Shown here: piece by piece, positions 24,666-33,215 of the stretch
Numbering within the stretch: the first letter of the stretch is position 1
Layout of the letters: each line of letters starts with the position of its first letter
From: an uncultured Thermoplasmatales archaeon
GTDB lineage: Archaea > Thermoplasmatota > E2 > UBA202 > DSCA01
Length of the DNA stretch: 54,957 nt
NCBI GenBank assembly: GCA_964514975.1
Contig: CAZESS010000015.1
Location: forward strand, 1-54,957
Direction: 5' to 3'
Notes under the pieces: generated by a model
What the model saw: only the letters and a program-made list of their open reading frames with translations
What the model was told of the DNA's origin: nothing
The model's database searches: none
Position numbers and translations under genes: made by a program

Positions 24666-24902
24666 ATGAAGATAACGGTTAAAGACGCGGAGACCGGCAG
24701 CACGATAGACATGGACGTCGACGAGGACAACACCATCGGCGAGGTCGTCGAAAGCTCCGCCACCTACTGGAACAAGGACCCCGGCGCCTACGTCATCCGC
24801 TTCGGCAAACAGCAGCTCGGCGGCCGGACCAGCATCGGCGGCACCACGATACAAGAAGGCGACGTCGTCGAGCTCATCCCCGACCCCACAGGCGGCCGGT
24901 GA
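24666..24902 (+). CDS. Ubiquitin-like modifier, 78 aa, ending GG-R
   Basis: MKITVKDAETGSTIDMDVDEDNTIGEV aligns with ubiquitin [26 protein letters not shown] (12 identities). Ends PTGGR and lies between E1 and E2. Start moved to ATG 24666. Confidence 0.88.
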   Translation: MKITVKDAETGSTIDMDVDEDNTIGEVVESSATYWNKDPGAYVIRFGKQQLGGRTSIGGTTIQEGDVVELIPDPTGGR

Positions 24903-24908
24903 TACCCC

Positions 24909-25463
24909 GTGCCGCTTCCATCCGACGTCCTGGCGAAACGGGTGAACAACGAGATACGGGAATGCAAACGGGCGTTCGAGCACCATTTCACCGTCACGGA
25001 GCCCGGCCTGCCATCGTTTCCCGTCACCCTACAGGTAAAACTGGTGAACACGCCCGGCCCGGTCATGGACAACGGCCGGGTGCACAGCCGCTACACCCAC
25101 CTGCTCACGGTCACCGTCACCGAAAACTATCCCTACCAGACGCCCATCGCACGGTGGCGCAGTCCCATCTTCCATCCAAACATCATGCCACCCAAAGACG
25201 GCGGCTACATCTGCACCAAGCTGCTCGACGAATGGACCTTCCGGTCTAACCTGCCGGCTTTCATCCGGGGCATTGAATCCCTGCTGCTCAACCCCAACCC
25301 CGACGACCCCTACGACAACGACACCTGCACCCGCGCCGCCGCCTACTTCAACAGCACGTCCTACACGCCGCCGGTGACAGCGCAGCCACAAAAAAGCCAC
25401 ACCAAACCCGTCATCCTGAGCGACAATGATAAAAATCACCGGGGAAACACCCAAGACGCCTAG
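24909..25463 (+). CDS. Ubiquitin-conjugating enzyme E2 (UBC fold)
   Basis: KRVNNE helix 1, NYPYQTP, FHPNI..GYIC (HPN motif plus catalytic Cys), LLDEW and SLLLNPNPDDP. Confidence 0.93.
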   Translation: MPLPSDVLAKRVNNEIRECKRAFEHHFTVTEPGLPSFPVTLQVKLVNTPGPVMDNGRVHSRYTHLLTVTVTENYPYQTPIARWRSPIFHPNIMPPKDGGYICTKLLDEWTFRSNLPAFIRGIESLLLNPNPDDPYDNDTCTRAAAYFNSTSYTPPVTAQPQKSHTKPVILSDNDKNHRGNTQDA

Positions 25464-26079
25464 ACGCCATCCCCCGCCATCATCCGCGGACATCGTCTTC
25501 AGCTACACCCCCGGCATGGATACAGCCGGCGTCCGGGCATACATCGCAGACCGGCTCCATCGGGCGGGCATCGACCGCATCAACGGCGCCAGAGAGCCCC
25601 ATGAAACAAAGGTCACCGCACGCCAGACCAGCGAACGCACCCTTTACATCAGGCAGAAGGTCATCGACGACCTGATCGTCCACTGCGCGGAAATGGCCGC
25701 CGACCGTCTCGAAGCATTGGGCTTCCTAGTCGGCGACCTCGGCCGATGGAACAACACCCCCTTTTCAATGATATATGACCTGGTGACCGGGCAGCTCGAC
25801 GCGACCGCGACATCGGTGCGCTTCCGCCAGGACGCCTTCGAAGACATGTTCGACGCGCTCGACGAGCTGAGCTACGACTACGTGCTCATCGGCTGGTATC
25901 ATTCCCATCCCGGCTACACCAGCTTCATGTCCTACGTCGACCTCGACACCCAGCGGCGGATGTTCAACCAGCCGTTCCACGTCGCGCTGGTCGCCGACCC
26001 CATCAGCCTGGAGCTCAAGGCCTTCCGGCTGCTGGACGACGAATGCGTCGAAATACCCTACGCCGTCGTCAAAAAATAG
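25426..26079 (+). CDS. JAMM/MPN+ (Rpn11/CSN5-like) metallo-isopeptidase
   Basis: EALGFLVG followed by GWYHSHPGYTSFMSYVD (E..HxH-x7-S-x2-D), then ALVADP. Confidence 0.93.
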   Translation: MIKITGETPKTPRRHPPPSSADIVFSYTPGMDTAGVRAYIADRLHRAGIDRINGAREPHETKVTARQTSERTLYIRQKVIDDLIVHCAEMAADRLEALGFLVGDLGRWNNTPFSMIYDLVTGQLDATATSVRFRQDAFEDMFDALDELSYDYVLIGWYHSHPGYTSFMSYVDLDTQRRMFNQPFHVALVADPISLELKAFRLLDDECVEIPYAVVKK

Positions 26080-26886
26080 CTACACCCGGCGGTCTATCTC
26101 CCGCATGACCTCCACCGCCTGCTCCTTGAACGAATCCTTAATCGACTGGTAATACGTATCGGCGATTTTGCCCTTGTCGCGCTCGATTTCCAGCTGCTTG
26201 AGCAGCCCGGTGAGCAGCTTTTTCCGCATCCGCAGCGCCTCCACCGGCTCCTTCTCCAGATAACGGTCACGGCGCTGCCGCCCCATAACAAGCATGAGCG
26301 CGCCGACGGCCAGGCCACCACCAGCCAGCCCGAGGGCGAGATACAGCAGCACGTTACCGCCGTCATCCTCCCCGGGGGCGAACAGGACGGTCACCGTGTC
26401 ATCCTTCCCGAGCGTGGCGTTGCCCGCGTAGACGCCGGCCGTATATGACAATGGCACGCTGCTCCGCACCCACATCCGGCTGTCCACAATCACCGATACC
26501 GGGGCGTCATACAGCATACGGTGGACAATGTCGCCGTCACGGGGAAACCGCGCCACGACAGAAAGATTTTCCCCGGCAGCCACGCTCAGGCCGTTCGCCC
26601 CGAGGTCGACGGTGGCGACGCTATCGTTCCACGACGCATCGAGCGCGTCGCCCTGGCAGGTGAGCACTGCATCGGCGGGCGCCCAGAGCTCAACGGAGCC
26701 ATTGTACCTGCCCGTCTCGCCCGCATACACCATGGTGAGCGTCACCTGGTCGTCGGTGACATGCAGCGTCTCCCCCGCCACCGTCACACTGCTGTGCGGC
26801 GTCGAGCTATCCGACAGGTCACCGTCGGCTATCGCCACCGGCATGAGCAGCGTCAGCGCCAGCATCGCAACAACAATGCGCTTCAT
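26080..26886 (-). CDS. Single-pass membrane protein: signal peptide, extracellular beta domain, TM helix, cytoplasmic helical tail
   Basis: Start moved to MKRIVVAMLALTLLMPVAIA (26895 is an alternative). TM segment VLLYLALGLAGGGLAVGALMLV; tail LKQLEIERDKGKIADTYY. Confidence 0.7.
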   Translation of the reverse strand: MKRIVVAMLALTLLMPVAIADGDLSDSSTPHSSVTVAGETLHVTDDQVTLTMVYAGETGRYNGSVELWAPADAVLTCQGDALDASWNDSVATVDLGANGLSVAAGENLSVVARFPRDGDIVHRMLYDAPVSVIVDSRMWVRSSVPLSYTAGVYAGNATLGKDDTVTVLFAPGEDDGGNVLLYLALGLAGGGLAVGALMLVMGRQRRDRYLEKEPVEALRMRKKLLTGLLKQLEIERDKGKIADTYYQSIKDSFKEQAVEVMREIDRRV

Positions 26887-26933
26887 GAAAATCATCGCTC
26901 TCGCAATAGCTGTCGCTACATAACTTTTTTGGC

Positions 26934-27137
26934 TCATCCCTCGTGCCGCTGCCGGTTGACCTCCGCCACGGCCCGGGCTGCCTCGCGTGCATCCCTCGAG
27001 CGGTAGAGCACCCGGCGCGTCCGGAGCCTGAAACGGGTGCCGCAGCGCTGGCAGGATACCGTTTTGTGGGAGAGGTTGACGGCGCGAGCCATCTCGCAGT
27101 CGGGGCAGACGACGACGCCGTACTCGGTGGGCTGCAT
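26934..27137 (-). CDS. Small zinc-ribbon protein (DUF1922/DUF5817-like)
   Basis: MQPTEYGVVVCPDC..VSCQRCG, two CxxC pairs, 67 aa. Confidence 0.7.
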   Translation of the reverse strand: MQPTEYGVVVCPDCEMARAVNLSHKTVSCQRCGTRFRLRTRRVLYRSRDAREAARAVAEVNRQRHEG

Positions 27138-27178
27138 ACAATACAGCAATAAAGGAGAACTATATGTAGGATGTGGCG

Positions 27179-27793
27179 ATGAAAAAAAAGGAGCTTGAGA
27201 TGCTGCTGCAGGACATCCCGCCGCCGGCGGAGCCGAAGGCATCGCTCGAGCAGTATCAGACGCCGGCGGCCATCGCAGCCGACATGCTCTTCAATGCAGC
27301 AGGTGACATCCAGGGCAACCACATCGCAGACCTGGGATGCGGCACCGGCATCTTCGCCATCGGCGCCGCCATCATTGGTGCCTCACATGCCACCGCCATC
27401 GACATCGACCCATCGATAGTCGCCGTCGCCCGCATGCAGGCCAAGCGATTTGGCGTCAACATAACCTTCAAGGTCGGCGACGTCGCCGAACTGGACATGC
27501 GATGCGACACGGCCATCATGAACCCGCCATTCGGCGCGCAGCACGGCAACCGCCGGGCCGACCGGCTGTTCCTCAAAAAAGCGCTTGAGAACGCATCCGT
27601 GGTACATTCGCTCCATCTCACCAAAACAACGCGGTTCATCCGTCAGCTCGTGACAGCGCTCGAGGGCACCATCACCCACACCACGGCATACCAGTTTTCC
27701 ATCACACCCCGGTTTGTGTTTCACACCAAACGATGCGTCAACGTCGACGTCACCGCGTTCAGAATAACAAAACAGCGTACACAAACGCGATGA
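27179..27793 (+). CDS. METTL5-family N6-adenine RNA methyltransferase
   Basis: Motifs LEQYQTPA, DLGCGTG, MNPPFG and FHTKR. Confidence 0.9.
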   Translation: MKKKELEMLLQDIPPPAEPKASLEQYQTPAAIAADMLFNAAGDIQGNHIADLGCGTGIFAIGAAIIGASHATAIDIDPSIVAVARMQAKRFGVNITFKVGDVAELDMRCDTAIMNPPFGAQHGNRRADRLFLKKALENASVVHSLHLTKTTRFIRQLVTALEGTITHTTAYQFSITPRFVFHTKRCVNVDVTAFRITKQRTQTR

Positions 27794-28505
27794 GCGCCGC
27801 GATGGCGATCGACAGCAGGTTGACATCGCTGTTCGTCAGCACCGCATCCGAGGGAAGCTGCTCCTCCGTCCCGATCTCGCCGCCCTGCAGCGTCGCCCCC
27901 AGCAACGAATCAATCTGGCAGCCGAGAAAGCCGACGGCGACGATGAACGGCAGCCAGACAGGCTCGAGGTCGAGCAGCAGCACCGCCGGAACGGCGATGG
28001 CCAGGCTGCCGAGCAATGCGGCACCCTCGCCGAGCCATGAAACGCCGCCGTTGGTACCCACGTCGGTGCGCTGCAACGAGGTGATAAGATACACCTTTTC
28101 GGAGAGCACCCCGAGCTCCGACGCAAACGTGTCGGCGGTGGCAACGGCGACCGCCACGGCAAACGGAACCGCCATGTCGCCAGGGGAAAACACGGGCGCG
28201 AGCAGCGCGGTCACCGCCGGCATCGTCCCGTTCGCAAGCACGTTGCGGGCCTTGCGCATGCCGTTGCCCCGCTCGTGCAGCCCCCTGCGCTCCTTGTACC
28301 GGGAGCGATACCTGGTGGCGGCGATGCCCAGCAACAAAAAAAGCAGGAGGATGGCGAACCAGGCAATGCCGCCCGCGAAAATGATGACCAGGCCGATGAA
28401 TGTCGCGGCTAGAGTGCCGGCACCGTCGAGAAACTGGAACCGGGTCGAAACAACGGCGAACATGGCGCAGATGCCTATCTTGAGCGCCGGGAGAAACAGG
28501 TCCAT
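27759..28505 (-). CDS. DUF92 (TMEM19-like) membrane protein
   Basis: RNVLANG, ADTFASELG, GTNGGVS and DSLLGATLQ, with several TM helices. Confidence 0.9.
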   Translation of the reverse strand: MDLFLPALKIGICAMFAVVSTRFQFLDGAGTLAATFIGLVIIFAGGIAWFAILLLFLLLGIAATRYRSRYKERRGLHERGNGMRKARNVLANGTMPAVTALLAPVFSPGDMAVPFAVAVAVATADTFASELGVLSEKVYLITSLQRTDVGTNGGVSWLGEGAALLGSLAIAVPAVLLLDLEPVWLPFIVAVGFLGCQIDSLLGATLQGGEIGTEEQLPSDAVLTNSDVNLLSIAIAALIAFVYAVLLF

Positions 28506-28506
28506 G

Positions 28507-29970
28507 TTATCCTTTAACCACGCCGAGTGGCTTCATACGTGCCACCTTCCGGGATATCCCGGCGTTGTGCGTGACATCGACGACGCTGCTCACGTCCTTG
28601 TATGCGTAGGAGGCCTCCTCGGCCACCACCTTCCAACTGTTCGGATGGATGTAGATGCCCCTGTCCTGGAGCTCCCGGCCGACGTCCTTGCCGTGCTTTC
28701 GCTTCCGGGCCTGCGTCCGGGACATCGTCCGACCCGCGCCGTGGCAGGTCGACCCAAAGGTTTCCTCCGCTGCAGCCGTACCGGTGAGCAGATAGCTCTC
28801 GGTGCCCATGTCGCCCGGGATGATGACCGGCTGGCCGACATCGCTGTACCGCTCAGGGATATCCGGGCTGCCCGGGCCAAAGGCGCGGGTGGCGCCCTTG
28901 CGATGCACGTATAGATTGCGGCGCTCACCGTCGACCTCGTGCTCCTCGAGCTTGGCGGTGTTGTGGCAGACGTCGTAGACCACGTCCATGCCCAGCTCGT
29001 GCCCGGTCTGCCCGAGGATGCTCTCAAAGGACTGCCGGACCCAGTGGGTGATGAGCTGCCGGTTGCACCAGGCAAAGTTGGCGGCGCAGGCCATCGCCCG
29101 GAAATATGACTGCGCCTCGTCCGACGATGCGGGAGCACAGGCGAGCTGCTTGTCGGGCAGCGAGATACCATATTTTTTGACGGCTCGCTCCAGTACGCGG
29201 AGATGGTCGGTGCAGACCTGATGGCCGAATCCACGCGACCCGGTATGGATCATGACGGTGACGTTGCCCTCCTCGATGCCGTATGCCTTCGCTGCCTGCT
29301 CGTCGTAGATGTCGACGACCCGCTGTATCTCAAGGAAATGGTTGCCCGCCCCGAGCGAGCCGACCTGAGACTTGCCGCGCTCCATCGCCTTGTCCGACAC
29401 ATGCGACGGGTCGGCTGCGTCCATGGCGCCGTTTTCCTCCAGCACCCTGAGGTCGTCCTGCCAGCCGTAGCCGTTTTCCACGCCCCAGCGGGCGCCGATG
29501 CGCAGGACGTCGTCGAGCTCCGGCTTGCTCAGCCGTACCTTTGCCTTGGAGCCGACGCCCGACGGCACGTTGACGAACATCTTGTCGATGAGCTCCTGTA
29601 TCTCCTTCCGGTCGAGGTCGTCCGCCCGGATGTCGGTGCGGATGAGACGGACGCCGCAGTTGATGTCGAAGCCGACGCCGCCGGGCGAGATGACGCCCTC
29701 CTCGGCATCGGTAGCCGCCACCCCTCCGATGGGAAAGCCGTAGCCCCAGTGCATCTCGGGCATCGCCATCGCCTCGCCGACGATGCCTGGCAGGGTGGTC
29801 ACGTTGGCGATCTGCTCCGGCGCGTTGTCGCCCCTGATGGCGTCGATCATGTCGGAGCTGGCATAGATGACGGCCGGGGCGCGCATCTCCAGATTGCCGT
29901 GCTCCCCCCGGTAGCTCGTTGGAATCTCATAGCGGTAATCATCACGTTTATTGAGCGGTCCCTTCCACAT
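28507..29970 (-). CDS. rtcB: RNA-splicing ligase RtcB
   Basis: HWGYGFPIGGV, GFDINCGVR, GAGNHFLE, HTGSRG, HRKGATRA, STCHGAGR, AYKDV, and terminal VKG. Confidence 0.97.
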   Translation of the reverse strand: MWKGPLNKRDDYRYEIPTSYRGEHGNLEMRAPAVIYASSDMIDAIRGDNAPEQIANVTTLPGIVGEAMAMPEMHWGYGFPIGGVAATDAEEGVISPGGVGFDINCGVRLIRTDIRADDLDRKEIQELIDKMFVNVPSGVGSKAKVRLSKPELDDVLRIGARWGVENGYGWQDDLRVLEENGAMDAADPSHVSDKAMERGKSQVGSLGAGNHFLEIQRVVDIYDEQAAKAYGIEEGNVTVMIHTGSRGFGHQVCTDHLRVLERAVKKYGISLPDKQLACAPASSDEAQSYFRAMACAANFAWCNRQLITHWVRQSFESILGQTGHELGMDVVYDVCHNTAKLEEHEVDGERRNLYVHRKGATRAFGPGSPDIPERYSDVGQPVIIPGDMGTESYLLTGTAAAEETFGSTCHGAGRTMSRTQARKRKHGKDVGRELQDRGIYIHPNSWKVVAEEASYAYKDVSSVVDVTHNAGISRKVARMKPLGVVKG

Positions 29971-29978
29971 AGTATCCC

Positions 29979-30392
29979 TCAGATATCAAACAGGACGTTT
30001 ATCTCAACGCCCTTTTTAGTTCTTTTGATAGCCAGCAGGTGATAGGTCACGGCCTTTACCTCCGAGCCATAGCCATGCCGGTCCCGGCTGTAGGGCTCAC
30101 CCCATGCTACAGCGTGCAACCCGTCATCGATGGTTATGTCGAAGGAGTCGAACACGAGCCCCTCGACGTCGTGCACGTACAGCAGCTCCGACAGCCAGTC
30201 AACCAGCAGCTGCTCCTCGTCCATCGCAGCCTCAAGCGAGATCTCCCGTTTTTCCCTGGCAGATATGTCGCTGCCGTCCACGATAATGGAAAACATGCCC
30301 CGGGCGGCGTTGGCAAACGCCTCCTCCAGCGTCGCGCCTCTCACCTCTATCCCGACGTCGGCCGTGTGCTCAAACGTGTTATACGGCTCCAT
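29979..30392 (-). CDS. Archease (RtcB activator)
   Basis: EHTADVG, EVKAVTYH and C-terminal FDI. Directly upstream of rtcB. Start moved to ATG 30392. Confidence 0.95.
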   Translation of the reverse strand: MEPYNTFEHTADVGIEVRGATLEEAFANAARGMFSIIVDGSDISAREKREISLEAAMDEEQLLVDWLSELLYVHDVEGLVFDSFDITIDDGLHAVAWGEPYSRDRHGYGSEVKAVTYHLLAIKRTKKGVEINVLFDI

Positions 30393-30423
30393 GCCCCTCG
30401 CAACAAAAAGCGCGTATAAAAAC

Positions 30424-31317
30424 TTACATGTGCCCGGACAACGGGTCAACGTGCACCGTCACCACGATGTCATAGCGCTCATACAGCGCGGTTTCTACCC
30501 GCTCCGCGACGGCGTGCGCCCCGCACAGTGGCATGTCATCGGGCAGCCGGATGTGGAGCGTCATCTCCCGGTGGTCGCCATAGCGGTGGAGATGCAAATG
30601 GTGGACGTCGGATGCCTCCGGCGCCACCTCGCCGATGGCCGCAGCAATGCGCTCCCGTAGCTCCGGGCTCGGTCGCTCCCCGAGCAGCGAGGTAACCACG
30701 CTGTGGAGGATGGAGCCCGCGGCATAAAAAATGAACGCCGATACGACGATGCCCAGAGCGCCATCAATCCATGCATACGAGCTGCCGGCCCACGCCCCGA
30801 TGACGATGAGGAGCGAGGTGAGCGCGTCGCTCCGGTGATGCCAGCCGTCTGCAACGAGCACCCTGGAGTCATGTTTCCGGCCGGCGTACATGGATACCTG
30901 CGCCATGGCCTCCTTGACGAACACGGATGCCAGAAAGATGAGAATGGACAGCATGCTGTAGTCGACCGCGTCGCCGGACAGCAGCCTCGCCAGGGAATCA
31001 CGGAGAAAGCTGAACGCAACCACGGCGAGCAATGTGCCAACGACAACGGCCGCGATGGATTCCGCCCTGCCATGGCCGAAGGGATGCTCCCGGTCGGGCG
31101 GACGGGCTGCCATCCAGAAGCCAGCGAGCACGATAACCGAGGTCAGCGTATCGGACAGCGTATGCCAGGCATCCGCCTGCATCGCCACCGAGCCAACGTT
31201 CAGGCCGGCCCAGTATTTTATGACGAAGAGCGCGACGTTGCCGGCGATGGAAAGACACACGGCTGCATAACACAGCCGCGACCGCCGGATGGTGCCAACG
31301 GACCGGCGTCGCTCCAT
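30424..31317 (-). CDS. Cation diffusion facilitator (FieF-like) transporter
   Basis: Motifs ADAWHTLSD, HPFGHGRAE, ADGWHHRSD and VHVDP. Confidence 0.93.
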   Translation of the reverse strand: MERRRSVGTIRRSRLCYAAVCLSIAGNVALFVIKYWAGLNVGSVAMQADAWHTLSDTLTSVIVLAGFWMAARPPDREHPFGHGRAESIAAVVVGTLLAVVAFSFLRDSLARLLSGDAVDYSMLSILIFLASVFVKEAMAQVSMYAGRKHDSRVLVADGWHHRSDALTSLLIVIGAWAGSSYAWIDGALGIVVSAFIFYAAGSILHSVVTSLLGERPSPELRERIAAAIGEVAPEASDVHHLHLHRYGDHREMTLHIRLPDDMPLCGAHAVAERVETALYERYDIVVTVHVDPLSGHM

Positions 31318-31356
31318 ATCATGCTATGCCAGCCATGCTATAAAACGCTGCCGGAG

Positions 31357-32313
31357 CTACTCCTTCTGCGCGACCATCTGCTGCGCCTGCCCCGCGATGT
31401 TCTCCGCCGTCAGCCCGTATTTTTCCATCAGCGCGCGTGCCTCGCCGGACTCGCCGAAGACATCATTGATGGCAACGCGGCGCATGGGCACCGGCCGTTC
31501 GGCCATGGCAGCGGCGACAGCATCGCCGAGCCCGCCGATAATGGAATGCTCCTCGCAGGTGAGAATGCAGCCGGTCTCCTCGGCGGCCCGCTGCACCATA
31601 TCAGCGTCGACAGGTTTCACCGTGGGCATGTGGATAATCCGCGCGTCGATATCCTCCTGCTCCAGCAGGTCATGGGCCTGGAGCGCCAGAGCGGTCATGG
31701 TGCCCGTCGTGATGACGGCGACATCATCGCCCGTGCGCAACGGCACCGCCTTCCCAACCTCGAAGGGGCGATGCTTGTCGAAGATAACCGGAGCATCCGC
31801 GCGGCCCATCCGCACATAGAACGGCCCGGGCTGCTCCGCGATAGCAGGAATCACGCCCTCGACCTCGATGGCATCAGCGGGAGCGATAACCCGCATGTTG
31901 GGCAGCGCGCGCATCAGCGCCATGTCCTCCAGCATCTGATGCGAGGCGCCGTCGCCGCCCACCGAGATACCCGCATGGGTCGCCACGATCTTGACGTCAA
32001 GCTCTGGATAGGCAATCGACTGCCGTATCTGGTCGTAGCAGCGACCGGTCGCAAACACGGCAAACGTCGATGCGAACACGATCTTGCCACAGGTCGCCAG
32101 GCCCGCGGCAACACCCATCATGTTCGCCTCCGCGATACCGAAATCAAAAAACCGGTCGGGGAACACGGTGCCGAAGCGCTTGGTCTTCGTCGACAGCGCC
32201 AGGTCTGCGTCCACGGCAACGACATCCTCGTTGGCATGGCCGAGCTCGATGAGCGCGGAGCTGTATCCATCCCGGAGGTTGCGCATCTTGTCGGATATCT
32301 CGGCTTTAATCAT
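31357..32313 (-). CDS. Transketolase, C-terminal (pyrimidine-binding) subunit
   Basis: Motifs DADLALST, GIAEANM, DGASHQ and EEHSIIGGLG. Confidence 0.95.
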   Translation of the reverse strand: MIKAEISDKMRNLRDGYSSALIELGHANEDVVAVDADLALSTKTKRFGTVFPDRFFDFGIAEANMMGVAAGLATCGKIVFASTFAVFATGRCYDQIRQSIAYPELDVKIVATHAGISVGGDGASHQMLEDMALMRALPNMRVIAPADAIEVEGVIPAIAEQPGPFYVRMGRADAPVIFDKHRPFEVGKAVPLRTGDDVAVITTGTMTALALQAHDLLEQEDIDARIIHMPTVKPVDADMVQRAAEETGCILTCEEHSIIGGLGDAVAAAMAERPVPMRRVAINDVFGESGEARALMEKYGLTAENIAGQAQQMVAQKE

Positions 32314-33148
32314 ACAATTCCTCCTCGATTTGCTCGAGCTCGGTCATCGCCTTGACATACTGCTCATCCGAGGGTGGCTTCCCGTGGAAAGACAGCGTGC
32401 CCTCCATGAACGAGACATCTTTTCCCTTGATCGTATACGCGATGATGAGCGTCGGCCGGTCGTTCTTCCGCGCCTCATGAAGCGCCGACAGAACCTCGTC
32501 CATGTCATGCCCGTCGACGGTGAGCACGCGCCAGCCGAAAGCCCGCCAGCGCCACTTGATGGGCTCCAGCGACAAAATCTCCTCGGTATGGCCGTCGATC
32601 TGCAGGCCGTTCCGGTCGAGAATGGCGACCAGGTTGCCAAGCTGGTGATGCGAGGCAGCAGCGGCGGCCTCCCAGACCTGCCCCTCGTCGATCTCGCCGT
32701 CACCCAGGACGACAAACACCCGGTAGTCCTTTTTGTCCAGCCGGCCGGCGAGCGCCATCCCGATGGCAGCACTCAGGCCCTGCCCCAGGCTGCCCGTGGA
32801 CATGTCAATCCCGGTGACCTTTTTCATGCAGGGATGCCCCTGCAAAAAATGCCCCGTCTTCCGGAGCTCCTTGAGCTCCTCCTCGGGAAAATAGCCGGCG
32901 AGCGCCAATGCTGCATACAGCGCCGGGGCCGCATGTCCCTTTGAAAGCACCAGGCGGTCGCGGTCGGGCCAGCCGGGCTGCTCGGGGTCATGCCGCATCT
33001 CGTGAAAATACAGGCAGGCTAGGACGTCGGCGATGGACAGGCTCCCGCCCGGATGACCGGACCCGGCCCGATACACGGAATCGACGACATGTTTCCGTAT
33101 CTGCAGGGCCTTCCGCCGTAAATCCGTTACCAATGCTTTATCGTGCAT
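32306..33148 (-). CDS. Transketolase, N-terminal (TPP-binding) subunit
   Basis: Motifs SGHPGGSLS, LSKGHA, STGSLGQG and GDGEIDEG. Confidence 0.95.
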   Translation of the reverse strand: MHDKALVTDLRRKALQIRKHVVDSVYRAGSGHPGGSLSIADVLACLYFHEMRHDPEQPGWPDRDRLVLSKGHAAPALYAALALAGYFPEEELKELRKTGHFLQGHPCMKKVTGIDMSTGSLGQGLSAAIGMALAGRLDKKDYRVFVVLGDGEIDEGQVWEAAAAASHHQLGNLVAILDRNGLQIDGHTEEILSLEPIKWRWRAFGWRVLTVDGHDMDEVLSALHEARKNDRPTLIIAYTIKGKDVSFMEGTLSFHGKPPSDEQYVKAMTELEQIEEELYD

Positions 33149-33215
33149 CGTATATGGTATTGCGATGGTATTATTAAGTTATTGTTCGGCGACTGCACGG
33201 GGACAGCAAGACGTC

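Noticed and set aside
23842-26079. CBASS, Pycsar or sulfur-relay (ThiF/MoeB) interpretation of the E1 cluster
   Set aside because: No cyclase, effector, or thiamine/molybdopterin/cysteine synthesis genes are adjacent. A standalone UBC E2 with HPN and a catalytic Cys argues for protein conjugation. A defence role is not fully excluded.
26934-27137. Zinc-binding protein as the missing RING E3
   Set aside because: It has only two CxxC pairs (one zinc ribbon), not the eight-ligand cross-brace RING pattern, and it is on the opposite strand.
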